Shown here: piece by piece, positions 39,500 to 49,020 of the stretch
Layout: every line of letters starts with the position of its first letter
Numbering within the stretch: the stretch's first letter is position 1
Assembly: GCA_945883905.1 (NCBI GenBank)
Contig: CAMCYL010000006.1
Location: forward strand, 1 to 58,588
Direction: 5' to 3'
Source: Akkermansia muciniphila
Lineage (GTDB): Bacteria; Verrucomicrobiota; Verrucomicrobiia; Methylacidiphilales; CAMAQI01
DNA: 58,588 nt
Made by a program: the position numbers and the translations under genes
Notes under the pieces: model-generated
Seen by the model: only the letters and a program-made list of their open reading frames with translations
What the model was told of the DNA's origin: nothing
Databases searched by the model: none

Positions 39500-40014
39500 C
39501 CGCTGCTCAAGCCTACAATTTTGCCTCCTCAGGAGGAGCAAACGATTTTGCAGAAGTCATTGCGATTTGCGAAAAATCAGGGCCTTATTGCTTAATCGGA
39601 GGACTTGCGCTCAATAGTTATATTGATCCTGTTTACACCTTGGATGCCGATTTAGTCGTTGCAGGAAGCTCGTTAGAAGAGCTTACTCAAAAACTTTTAA
39701 AGGCAGGATTTGAAGTTGAGGATTTTCCTTACACCTTAAATGCAATCAAGCCGATGAGTGATCTGCGAATTCAATTCACCAAAATGCCTGAGTACGCCCA
39801 TTTTCCCTCTCGTGCAGTGATTAAGTCGGTTTTTGGAATTCAAGTGAAGGTTTCAAGTATCGAAGATTTATTAGCAGGGAAAATACTCGCCTTCAGCGAT
39901 CCGACAAGACGACTCTCAAAAAGAAAAAAAGATGAATTAGATTTAATCCGAATTGGAGAGAGCTATCCTCATTTAATTTCTCTTATGCCCAACGTCATTC
40001 AAGATCAATTTTAA
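39496..40014 (+). CDS. Nucleotidyltransferase-fold protein (AbiEii-like)
   Basis: LIGGLALNSY...TLDADL catalytic motif, EDLLAGK, KRKKDELDL; ATGA overlap with the HD gene. Confidence 0.65.
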   Translation: MTAAQAYNFASSGGANDFAEVIAICEKSGPYCLIGGLALNSYIDPVYTLDADLVVAGSSLEELTQKLLKAGFEVEDFPYTLNAIKPMSDLRIQFTKMPEYAHFPSRAVIKSVFGIQVKVSSIEDLLAGKILAFSDPTRRLSKRKKDELDLIRIGESYPHLISLMPNVIQDQF

Positions 40015-40027
40015 CTTAGTTACCAAT

Positions 40028-41752
40028 TTACTCCTTCTTCTTCATCCATCGAGGACTGTCAGAAAAATAAATATAGGCCTCCTGACCAGAGCCTAGTTTT
40101 GGCGGGAGCCCCGTTACACTGGTTAAAGGAAAATTCGCAGGAAGCCCCGTTCGTGTCACAATTTTCTCATAATCAATAAGAGCAGGGGATTTAATCTCAC
40201 TAATTTTTTGATCAAGCGTTATAGGACTGATCAACATCGCTGAAAGTGGACTCACATAATCATGAATCCAATATAAATCTTTAATCTTCACAGGAAGCCA
40301 AAGGGAAGTACGCCCGCCATACCACGCCGTCGCCCACGGCATATCGGTAACAATTACTTCATTTTTTTCGCTCCATTCGGTTGAAATTTTAATGATCAAA
40401 GGATAATAGGGAGGAAAACGAACCGGAATCTCCCTCGGAGGAGCTAACGTCAGAAGATAGGGAATCGCATTTAAGCCAATAAAAAGACCAATAATCGTTT
40501 TTGCGATCATAGGATGCCTTAACTCCATGCGATCTAATAATATATAGAAAAAAGCAGCCCCACAAATAATGAGTAGCGGTAAAACAAAAACGACCATATT
40601 CCATGCACTCGTAAGTCCAGGATACGCATTAACAAAAGAACCCCCTAAAACAAAAAACGGCAACAAAATAAAAACTCCGTACTGAAAAATACGCGCTCGC
40701 TCACGACGAAAAAGATGGAAAACGGAGGCAAAACCAAGAATCGCCGCAAAACTCCCTCCCAAGATTCCTTGTAAATTTTGCATCGTATGCCCCGCCGCTT
40801 GAACCATATGAATCACAACCATTTTTAAATAGGAAAAGGTTTGCTCCGATTGAAGAAGGCAAAACTCATTATCGGACATACTATTACTACTTCCCCATCC
40901 CCCCATCACATTTCCTGTTAAATAATAATTCCGAATTAAGTAAGGAACGACAGGAACGGAAAATCCAATTCCGTAAAGAAAGAGAACCCAGAGCTTCGTT
41001 CGGAATGCAACCGCTGACAGAAGCAGCATCGGAATCAAAACCCAAATTAAAGAAAGCCGTGAAAGCACGGATAGTCCAAAAACAAACCCAGAAACAGCAA
41101 TCATTGCGATCATCCTCTGAAATCTATTCTTTTCTTGAGAAATCATTCCCTCATTCAGTAAAAACCACGAAGCGGTTAGAAGCAACATCACCAACGAAGT
41201 CGAAAGCCCAGAAATTGAAAAACTCCAGATCAGATTAGAAACTAAAAACAAAGCCGAGGATAAAAGTCCTACCCTCCCATCAAATAATCGTGCTCCAAAA
41301 ACTAAAATAATTAAAGCGGTCAAATAGGTGCAAAGCACATTAAAAAAACAGATCACCCATTCTGCCCTAAAAGGAGAATCCCTCATCTCGGCCTCACTAA
41401 CCTCATAAGGCCTCCCCGTCATCTTAAATAAGCCCCCTAAAATATAGGGATAAAGAGGGGCTTGATAAATTTCCGGAAATGATTCTAACTTATTTTCGCT
41501 CTTACTCTTAAGTCGTTCTTGAAAAAGAGTGATCGCCTGCGGTCGTATCCACTGTGTCGTAAACCCCTTTCCCTCCGCAATCTGTCTCCCCACTTGTCCT
41601 GCATCCATTGCCTCTCTCTCTTTAAATCCATGAAACTCAGAGACAAGATACCATAACGAAAGGACGCCGATCAAAGCCGCCATGAGCAACTTATTCATCC
41701 ACGCCTTGCCCTTACCTAACTCTAAAGAATACAGAAGTTCGTGCAGTGTCAT
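40028..41752 (-). CDS. GT39/ArnT-like membrane glycosyltransferase
   Basis: EAMD..QVGRQIAEGKGF, APLYP, PYLIRNYYLTGN; many TM helices. Confidence 0.7.
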   Translation of the reverse strand: MTLHELLYSLELGKGKAWMNKLLMAALIGVLSLWYLVSEFHGFKEREAMDAGQVGRQIAEGKGFTTQWIRPQAITLFQERLKSKSENKLESFPEIYQAPLYPYILGGLFKMTGRPYEVSEAEMRDSPFRAEWVICFFNVLCTYLTALIILVFGARLFDGRVGLLSSALFLVSNLIWSFSISGLSTSLVMLLLTASWFLLNEGMISQEKNRFQRMIAMIAVSGFVFGLSVLSRLSLIWVLIPMLLLSAVAFRTKLWVLFLYGIGFSVPVVPYLIRNYYLTGNVMGGWGSSNSMSDNEFCLLQSEQTFSYLKMVVIHMVQAAGHTMQNLQGILGGSFAAILGFASVFHLFRRERARIFQYGVFILLPFFVLGGSFVNAYPGLTSAWNMVVFVLPLLIICGAAFFYILLDRMELRHPMIAKTIIGLFIGLNAIPYLLTLAPPREIPVRFPPYYPLIIKISTEWSEKNEVIVTDMPWATAWYGGRTSLWLPVKIKDLYWIHDYVSPLSAMLISPITLDQKISEIKSPALIDYEKIVTRTGLPANFPLTSVTGLPPKLGSGQEAYIYFSDSPRWMKKKE

Positions 41753-43131
41753 ATCTCCTCAATTTTATAGTCGTTTAACTTTCGATGCAATGTTCTTCGG
41801 CTAATTCCTAATTTAACCGCCGCCTCGGTCTTATTTCCATGACTCGAGCGGAGGGCCATCAAAATCATTTTTTTCTCCATCTCCTCTAAGTTTAAACTCT
41901 CGGAATTCAATCCCGAAAAACTTTTAAGACTCACAGGAGCAGACGTAAAAACTCGTTCAGGCAAATCCTGTACCCCAATCTTCTCCCCCCTCGCTAAAAC
42001 CACTCCATGCTCTATGGCCATACGCAATTCCCGAACATTTCCCGGCCAACGATATTGTAACAAGGCCTGCAAAGCCTCGGTCGTTAATCCACTCACACTC
42101 TTACTATTTTCTTTCGCTAAGCTCCTGACAAACGAATCCACCAATAACGGGATATCCTCTTTTCGCTCTCGAAGCGGGGGCAAAACAATTCGAATCACAT
42201 TCAATCGAAAAAATAAGTCGTCACGAAATTTCCCCTCCTCCACCCTCTTTTCCAAATTCCGATTCGTCGCAGCGATCACTCGGACATCGACTTGAAACGT
42301 CTGATTGCTCCCGACTCGCTGTATCGTCCTCTCTCCAAGAACCCGTAAAAGTTTCACTTGAGTCGCAGGATCGATCTCCCCAATCTCATCTAAAAAAATA
42401 GACCCATGATTCGCCTCTTCAAAACGTCCAATCCGTTTCTCCATCGCCCCAGTAAAAGCCCCTTTTTCATGCCCAAATAATTCACTCTCTAAAAGTTGCG
42501 GAGAGAGGGCCGCACAATGAACCGCAGAAAAATGATTTTCGCGGCGACTACTTAATTGATGCAACGCTTTTGCGACAAGCTCCTTTCCTGTTCCACTCTC
42601 TCCTTCAATTAATATCGTAGCGCGAGAATTGGCCACTTGTTGGATTTTATCAAATACCTCTCGCATCACCGGAGTTGATCCAATCAAATTCTCCAAACCA
42701 AACTTCTGATTCAACGCCTGCTTGAGATCTCGATTTTCACTCTCAACCCGCCTTGACTTCAAGGCTCGAAGCAGCGTTATCTCAATTTCATCTAAATTGA
42801 GGGGCTTGGTCACATAATCGTATGCCCCTTTTCTCATCGCCTCAATCGCTGTCTCCACCGATCCATAAGCCGTCATCATCACGCACAAAGGAGGCTTAGG
42901 GAGGGTTCGCAGACGCATTAGTAAATCAAGTCCATTATCCCCCCCCAATTTAATATCACAAAGAACGAGCTCTAAAGTCTCCGCCTGTAAAATATTCCAT
43001 GCCGACGCAATGTCAGGGGCTAAGTAAACTTCAAAATGATCGGAAAATGCGCGCCGCAATCCATCCCGAGTATTCTTCTCATCCTCAACAATCAATAAAC
43101 CGGGAAGATTCGCTGGAAATTCAATAGCCAT
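41749..43131 (-). CDS. Sigma-54-dependent response regulator (NtrC/AtoC family)
   Basis: Receiver domain; GESGTGKE, ELFGHEKGAFTGA, FLDEIGE, WPGNVREL; Fis-type HTH. Confidence 0.95.
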   Translation of the reverse strand: MAIEFPANLPGLLIVEDEKNTRDGLRRAFSDHFEVYLAPDIASAWNILQAETLELVLCDIKLGGDNGLDLLMRLRTLPKPPLCVMMTAYGSVETAIEAMRKGAYDYVTKPLNLDEIEITLLRALKSRRVESENRDLKQALNQKFGLENLIGSTPVMREVFDKIQQVANSRATILIEGESGTGKELVAKALHQLSSRRENHFSAVHCAALSPQLLESELFGHEKGAFTGAMEKRIGRFEEANHGSIFLDEIGEIDPATQVKLLRVLGERTIQRVGSNQTFQVDVRVIAATNRNLEKRVEEGKFRDDLFFRLNVIRIVLPPLRERKEDIPLLVDSFVRSLAKENSKSVSGLTTEALQALLQYRWPGNVRELRMAIEHGVVLARGEKIGVQDLPERVFTSAPVSLKSFSGLNSESLNLEEMEKKMILMALRSSHGNKTEAAVKLGISRRTLHRKLNDYKIEEI

Positions 43132-43181
43132 AGAGGAGACATTTTGTCCCTATTTCCTTAAAAATCAATCTCTGAAAAAAC

Positions 43182-43487
43182 CTAAATTCTCCCCAAAATC
43201 TCACGAATCTCCGCCTCCGGTCCCTCATGCTTTTGGGAAACCGCTAATTCTAATCCCCTTTGATAATACTCTCTGGCCTTTATGAAGTCCCCTCTTTGCA
43301 TGAACAACTTTCCAAGGAGCATCACAACGACCATCCAATCCGGTTTTTTTTGAATGCAAAATTCTAAATGAGGAATCGCTGAATCGGCCTGCTCCTGATC
43401 CATAAGCCCTTTTGCTAAACTGAACCGAAATAACTCGTTTTCAGGAAATCTCTGAACCCGTTGCTCTAACTGCTGAAGATCGCTCAC
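43182..43487 (-). CDS. Small TPR protein
   Basis: FPENELFRFSLAK, TPR-like helices, A.EYYQRGLELA. Confidence 0.75.
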   Translation of the reverse strand: MSDLQQLEQRVQRFPENELFRFSLAKGLMDQEQADSAIPHLEFCIQKKPDWMVVVMLLGKLFMQRGDFIKAREYYQRGLELAVSQKHEGPEAEIREILGRI

Positions 43488-44086
43488 TATTTCGGAAGCT
43501 GATTGGGAGCAGCCTCAAGCTCTTTTTCGGTCCAAGAGGCAGTTCGTGCCGCCTCCTGCTTTCGAACGGCAGCCACCATCTCTGGAGTAATCGGAGTCGC
43601 ATTATTACCCCAATCAGACCGGATATAAGTTAAAACTTGAGAGATTTTCTTGTCATCTAAAACATCTTTCCAAGGAGCCATATTTCCATTGTAAGGCTTC
43701 CCCTTCACTGTTATCGGCCCCACCATTCCATGGAGTAAAATACGGATCACATGCGCCTCACTTCCCAGCACAAATTCCGATCCAGCCAGAGGCGGATATT
43801 GTCCCTCGACTCCAAGTCCCGTCACTTGATGACACTGCGCGCAATTCGCTTTGAAAACTCGTGCGCCTAAAACCTTCGGATCCTCTACCGCCGCAGCTCC
43901 CCCTTTGACAGGACCATAAGTCACCGTCGACTCGTCATAGATCTCTCCGCTAAATCCACCCGAATAGCGCATTAAATATGCCCCCCCCCAGACAAGAAGT
44001 ACGGCAAAGAACCAATACATCCACGTCGGAAGCATCGATTGATGTTTAGAATTTTCGTTTGATTGATTTGAAGAATGATCAGACAT
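43487..44086 (-). CDS. Membrane-anchored monoheme cytochrome c
   Basis: TM anchor, CAQCH, YPPLAGS, YNGNM, WGN. Confidence 0.92.
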   Translation of the reverse strand: MSDHSSNQSNENSKHQSMLPTWMYWFFAVLLVWGGAYLMRYSGGFSGEIYDESTVTYGPVKGGAAAVEDPKVLGARVFKANCAQCHQVTGLGVEGQYPPLAGSEFVLGSEAHVIRILLHGMVGPITVKGKPYNGNMAPWKDVLDDKKISQVLTYIRSDWGNNATPITPEMVAAVRKQEAARTASWTEKELEAAPNQLPK

Positions 44087-44100
44087 ACACCCGTTCCTCG

Positions 44101-44754
44101 TTATGGTTTCACCGGCGCTTCAGGCAGCGCATACGTACGATTTAAAGAGAGAAGATAAGCCACCAATGCCTTCGCATCCTCAGAAGGAATCACCTCTTTC
44201 CCCTCTTCTGTTTCAAAGCCAACAGGAAGACTCAATCCCATTCCTGAAGGAATCCCTTTAATCTCTCTTTTCTCATACAAAAAAGAGTAGCTTGGATGGC
44301 TCGATCCACTCACCGATTTTGGGGCATAAAAAAGTTGATGAAGAGAGGCGGCGTCATACTTTTTCTTAGGTCCCGAGTTGGTATTCAAATCCGGACGATC
44401 TGCCCCCAAATTAGCAAGATCCGGTCCTAAACGCATCGCTCCTAAATTTGGATTCGATTGATGTAAATAATCCCGAGCAACCGTTTGGCGTGTTCCCCAT
44501 TGGCGAGCAATATCGGCTCCTCCACTCTCCGAACGAATCTGTTGAGTATGACAACTTGCACACCCATTTGCCGCATAAACCTTTGATCCCCGTTGAGCCA
44601 GCCCACTCAAGGCCGGAGGATTCATATCACCAGTCACTTGATCCTCAAGAGGCATCAAGTTTCCAACTTGATTTAAAGGGACTAAAATTAATGCAACCCA
44701 AGACAAAACAAAGGCCGCAAGAATACCAACAAAAAGACGTCCGTAACCATTCAT
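44101..44754 (-). CDS. CcoO/FixO-like monoheme cytochrome c
   Basis: CASCHTQQIR, RLGPDLAN, ALVAYLLSL; start ATG 44754 overlaps the upstream stop. Confidence 0.85.
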   Translation of the reverse strand: MNGYGRLFVGILAAFVLSWVALILVPLNQVGNLMPLEDQVTGDMNPPALSGLAQRGSKVYAANGCASCHTQQIRSESGGADIARQWGTRQTVARDYLHQSNPNLGAMRLGPDLANLGADRPDLNTNSGPKKKYDAASLHQLFYAPKSVSGSSHPSYSFLYEKREIKGIPSGMGLSLPVGFETEEGKEVIPSEDAKALVAYLLSLNRTYALPEAPVKP

Positions 44755-46226
44755 GAACAACATCCTTCCTTATTCGAATTACAACAAGCAGCCAAAAGAG
44801 TAGCCGCTACGTTTTTAACAAAGATTAAATTTGCAAAAAGAACCATCGCTCCTCCTACCACTGAGAGCCAGAAAAAAGGACTCGCTAAATTTTTCGTCGC
44901 CACAAAGGCCATCGGAGCGAAATTAATTCCCAATCCCATAAAAACTCCCGCACAGAAAGTTCCGGTGAAATAAGTAATAATCCCGCAAAATCCCCACCAA
45001 AACTGGCACTTTGAACAACACGTCACACAACAAGGAAGTTCTTTTCCTGTCAACTTCGGAAGAATCGCATAAATCGATCCAAACAAAACCATCGACAAAA
45101 AGGAATACTCCAAAACCGCAGAGACCCCCATTTCAAAATAGCTGAATCGTAAAGCGGCGCTCACCCCTCTCAACGAAAGAAAGGCCTCAAGAGAAACCCA
45201 AACGACAAAAGAAATTCCCCCTGTCGCTAAATACCAAAGAACAGGATTCGACTTCACTTTACACCAGTGGGACCAAAGCGGAACCATCTGATGATTCGCA
45301 ATCATAATCGCAGGAATCAAAAGCAGAACCCCCGCAACAACACTCGAGGTAATCATCCACGCGGGAATCGGCCCTCCCACCAAATGTCGAACTCCCGTCC
45401 AAGCCCCTAAAAAGGCAAAAAACCAGAAAGCTCCTTTCGCAGAATGAACTCGGTTTAAAGCCACTCCCAAAAGGGTCGGAATCCAATAGTAAAGCGCCGC
45501 AATCGCCAAAGAACCAAGGACAAGCACTTCAAGTCCCCCGATATACCACGCATGCACTAAAGCCGGCATCACCCCAAAGACGACCTTGCAAAACACAAAG
45601 TAGTAAGCAACCGCAAAAAACCAAGGAAACCAAAAAACCGCTCCCAAGAGATACCACTCCGCAGGGGTTGATTTCGTACAGCGCTTCATTGCAAAACGCA
45701 TTCCAATCCCTAAACCGATAAAGGCATAGGCCACAAAAAGAATCGCTGAGGCATATTTTGGAAAATCAAAGCCCGCAAAACCACTCGCCTCTCCTGAAAA
45801 TATTCCAACCACTCCCACGAGGATCCCCAGATTCCATAAAGCAATCGCTCCTAATAGAAAATAACTCCCTGCCTTACAGGGACTCTTTTGGGTTAAATGT
45901 CCAGTCAACCAAATCGCAACTCCTAAAAACCCTTGAACCAACCACCCATAAATCAGAATGCTCTTACTGGCAGCAACAGCGCGTCCGTAATTTAACCCTT
46001 GATGAATCAAATCAAAAAACCAACCGAAATACGGATTTTGAATCGCGCATTGATAGTCAATAAATCCAGGAAATTTCAACTGCCAGAAAGCAATGGCTGC
46101 AATAAAACTTGAAACAACTAACCACAAAGTAGCGCTCAGAAAAAGAAGACTTAAAGGCCCCTGTAAAGAGCGATCTAAATTCCCCTCTCCGCATCCCTCG
46201 AACTGAATATCTGATGAGCAATTCAT
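44751..46226 (-). CDS. CcoN (cbb3 subunit I)-like membrane protein lacking most heme/Cu ligands
   Basis: LNYGR...IYGW, WNLG, YYWIP, GAW.G..HL.GGPIP.W, G.IY..LPKL framework of CcoN; His ligand positions substituted. Confidence 0.8.
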   Translation of the reverse strand: MNCSSDIQFEGCGEGNLDRSLQGPLSLLFLSATLWLVVSSFIAAIAFWQLKFPGFIDYQCAIQNPYFGWFFDLIHQGLNYGRAVAASKSILIYGWLVQGFLGVAIWLTGHLTQKSPCKAGSYFLLGAIALWNLGILVGVVGIFSGEASGFAGFDFPKYASAILFVAYAFIGLGIGMRFAMKRCTKSTPAEWYLLGAVFWFPWFFAVAYYFVFCKVVFGVMPALVHAWYIGGLEVLVLGSLAIAALYYWIPTLLGVALNRVHSAKGAFWFFAFLGAWTGVRHLVGGPIPAWMITSSVVAGVLLLIPAIMIANHQMVPLWSHWCKVKSNPVLWYLATGGISFVVWVSLEAFLSLRGVSAALRFSYFEMGVSAVLEYSFLSMVLFGSIYAILPKLTGKELPCCVTCCSKCQFWWGFCGIITYFTGTFCAGVFMGLGINFAPMAFVATKNLASPFFWLSVVGGAMVLFANLIFVKNVAATLLAACCNSNKEGCCS

Positions 46227-46236
46227 AATAAAACCT

Positions 46237-46569
46237 CTATTTAACAACAATCACCCCTGCAGGACGAAGTGCTTTATTCTTGAGTGCCTCGACCTCGATC
46301 TCCATCGATCTCGAAATCGGAATTTGATAAATCCCTTTTGACTCATCGAGAACCGCATAATGATCCAAAATTGCCGCCTCTTTCGCACGCAACTCACTCA
46401 ATTTTTTCGTTCGCTCAATCGCACGAGTTTGATCGTAGGTTTTATTCTCCTCACGGTAATTACAAAGAATAGAACCTGTCACAAATCCAAATAAAATGAG
46501 TCCAGCAATAATTTTCAAGAAGGAACTGAACCCTCCTTTTTTTTCTGTCTCTATCGATGTATCGCTCAT
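46237..46569 (-). CDS. Small single-TM ACIII-associated protein (ActG-like)
   Basis: One TM helix, Y..LD...GIYQIPISRSME motif, position after actF. Confidence 0.6.
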   Translation of the reverse strand: MSDTSIETEKKGGFSSFLKIIAGLILFGFVTGSILCNYREENKTYDQTRAIERTKKLSELRAKEAAILDHYAVLDESKGIYQIPISRSMEIEVEALKNKALRPAGVIVVK

Positions 46570-46578
46570 AAATTCCTC

Positions 46579-47805
46579 TTAATTCTTTAAGTGAATGGAT
46601 TCATCCAAGCGTGGATCCTTCACCGGATAAAGATTAGCTTTCGTCAGATTTTTTAGAAACACAGCCGCAATCACACAACCAATTCCTAAGAAGCAACTCG
46701 CATTGAGAAGGAAATGCTTCCAGTCTGGAATTGGACTCTTTTGATAGACAGGCATAATAATCCAATAAAGATCACACATATGAATGAAGATCATCCAAGA
46801 GGCTCCCGCAATTAAACGCCAAGGAGTTTTCTTCGCCTTCTGTCCGAGGAGCCAGAGAAAAGGAATAATAAAGTGACCCACTAACATTCCAATACTGAGC
46901 GGAAACCACTCTGGAGTATTGCGAATTTTATAAAAAATCGTCTCTTCAGGAATGTTCGCATACCAAATCAACATAAACTGACTAAAAGCGATATAAGACC
47001 AGAAAATCGTAAAAGCAAACATCAGCTTTCCCACAATATGGAAATGCTCCTCGTTAACGAGTTGTAGGTATCCTTTCGCCTTCAATGAATGAAGAATAAT
47101 CGCCAACAGGGCCATCGCTGAACCGGCACATCCGGCGAAAATATACACCCCCCACATCGTCGAGTACCAACGATAGTCCATACTCATCATCCAATCGATC
47201 GCCGAAAAACTAATGCTAATCGCAAAAAGAGCGATCACCCCGTAGGAGGTCTTTCTCATCACCACCGAATGGATCGGATGACCATCGCTATCTTGCTGTA
47301 AAGAACGTCGTCGGAACCATGCCCCAACAAGAACAAAGGTCGCAAAATAGAAGGCTAAACGAAGATAGAAAAAAGCCGGCCAATCAAATCCGAGTGTAAA
47401 ATACCCCGCTTTTGCGTGATAGAGAGGATCATGAGCCGTCACCGCTGGATTCAACCAAGGCCAGAGGGAATGAAGTCGATCCCCTCCGACAATCGGTAAC
47501 AAAGGAATAAAAAATAAGGCAAGATATGGAAAAACCCCAACGACATTCTCAAGTTGACGGCGAACTAAAGTATTCCAACCGGAGTTCGTGGCATGTTGCA
47601 CCACAAGCCAGAAAAATGACCCTGCGGCCATTGTATAAAACACCATAAAGGAAAAAAGCCACGAAAAATTAAAGGCCTTTGGATTCAGGTGACAGCCAAT
47701 GGCAGCCCCGATCAACCCTAAAACGCCGATGACCCAAAGGGCGGTAATCGTCCCTCCAAGGTCCTCTTTCTTTAAACTCACTCGATCTTGAACTTTTGCT
47801 TCCAT
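46579..47805 (-). CDS. actF: Alternative complex III membrane subunit F
   Basis: DWMMSMDYRWYSTMWG, GKLMFAFTIFWSYIAFSQFMLIWYANIPEET. Confidence 0.9.
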   Translation of the reverse strand: MEAKVQDRVSLKKEDLGGTITALWVIGVLGLIGAAIGCHLNPKAFNFSWLFSFMVFYTMAAGSFFWLVVQHATNSGWNTLVRRQLENVVGVFPYLALFFIPLLPIVGGDRLHSLWPWLNPAVTAHDPLYHAKAGYFTLGFDWPAFFYLRLAFYFATFVLVGAWFRRRSLQQDSDGHPIHSVVMRKTSYGVIALFAISISFSAIDWMMSMDYRWYSTMWGVYIFAGCAGSAMALLAIILHSLKAKGYLQLVNEEHFHIVGKLMFAFTIFWSYIAFSQFMLIWYANIPEETIFYKIRNTPEWFPLSIGMLVGHFIIPFLWLLGQKAKKTPWRLIAGASWMIFIHMCDLYWIIMPVYQKSPIPDWKHFLLNASCFLGIGCVIAAVFLKNLTKANLYPVKDPRLDESIHLKN

Positions 47806-47818
47806 GACTTTTAACCTG

Positions 47819-48436
47819 TTATTTTTTCAGCAACTTTTCACGTTCTGTTTCCGGAACGTCACTCAACGATGCCTTCTGACTTCGTTGCAATGCCCGAATA
47901 TAAGCGACAACCGCCCAACGATCTTGAGGAGTAATATTCGCTCCATACCCCATCATCTGACCTTTTCCTTTCGTAATCGTATTGAAAATCTCTCCATCGG
48001 ACATCGCACGAATCCGCTCATCGGTCAAATTCGCCACCCCTGCTAAACCGTACTGCGTCACGATCCCATTCCCCATTCCGGTCGAGCCGTGACAAACACG
48101 ACAGTTAATCTCATAACGCTCTTTTCCCGCAGCCATAAACTTTGAAGAGACCGTAACACTTTTCGGCATTCCATCTCCCCACTGATTTCCAATCGCTCCG
48201 GTAACAAAGTATTGATCATCAATCGGAATCGTTGCAGGAACGGTTCCTGAAATTGGCATCCGCGAGGCTTGACCATCCGCAAAGAATTCGCTCGGCTTCT
48301 GATATTTGACTTTGGCTTGACGATCCATGTCATCAAATATCTCGATCGGGGGTCGCTCCGTCTTTTGACCTCGAAAACCAACGACACAGAGAACGACTGT
48401 GACCGCTACAAATAATCCTAGAAGGTAGTATCTCAT
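47819..48436 (-). CDS. actE: Alternative complex III monoheme cytochrome subunit E
   Basis: DMDRQAK, FFADG, CRVCHG, GKGQM, DRWAVVAYIRALQ. Confidence 0.9.
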   Translation of the reverse strand: MRYYLLGLFVAVTVVLCVVGFRGQKTERPPIEIFDDMDRQAKVKYQKPSEFFADGQASRMPISGTVPATIPIDDQYFVTGAIGNQWGDGMPKSVTVSSKFMAAGKERYEINCRVCHGSTGMGNGIVTQYGLAGVANLTDERIRAMSDGEIFNTITKGKGQMMGYGANITPQDRWAVVAYIRALQRSQKASLSDVPETEREKLLKK

Positions 48437-49020
48437 TTTGAAATCACCGTGATTTGGGTTCCACCCAGTTCCGCTAATAGCTTCTTTGTCTCCTCTTCTG
48501 CGTAAAGAGGATCTGCTGCTTCAACAATTAAAAAGAAACCGTCATCACTGGCTCTTTTACAAAAAAGCTCCCAATTGAAAACGGGATGATTTAATCGAGG
48601 CATAATATTTGATATCAACATTCCCAAGATGGCGCCAAAAGCCGAAAGCAAAATCGTCAACTCAAACATCACCGGAAAAAAGGCCGGAAGCGCCCAATAG
48701 GGCTTTCCATTCACAATCAAGGGATAGAAGAGATCCAGCAACCAACCGCTTTGAATATCTTTCAAAAATTCAGGACGAGGAATTGAGGTCAACGATTCCA
48801 AGGAAATTCCAAGCGTAAAGCCCGTCATACCTCCAAATAAGACAAAGGTTGAAACCCAAGACTTACCCGTTCCCATCGCATTTTCCATTCCGTGAATCGG
48901 ATACGGGGAATAGGTATCCCACCATTTGAATCCTTTGTCACGAATGACCTCCGCCGCATGATAAAGTTCTGTGGCCGATTTGAATTCAGCCCCTACTCCA
49001 TAAACCGGTGCATTAGACAT
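48433..49020 (-). CDS. actD: Alternative complex III subunit D (DUF3341)
   Basis: [20 protein letters not shown]; start ATG 49020. Confidence 0.9.
   Translation of the reverse strand: MSNAPVYGVGAEFKSATELYHAAEVIRDKGFKWWDTYSPYPIHGMENAMGTGKSWVSTFVLFGGMTGFTLGISLESLTSIPRPEFLKDIQSGWLLDLFYPLIVNGKPYWALPAFFPVMFELTILLSAFGAILGMLISNIMPRLNHPVFNWELFCKRASDDGFFLIVEAADPLYAEEETKKLLAELGGTQITVISK

Noticed and set aside
44751-46250. Functional cbb3 oxidase (ccoN) call
   Set aside because: Five of six metal-ligand histidines are absent
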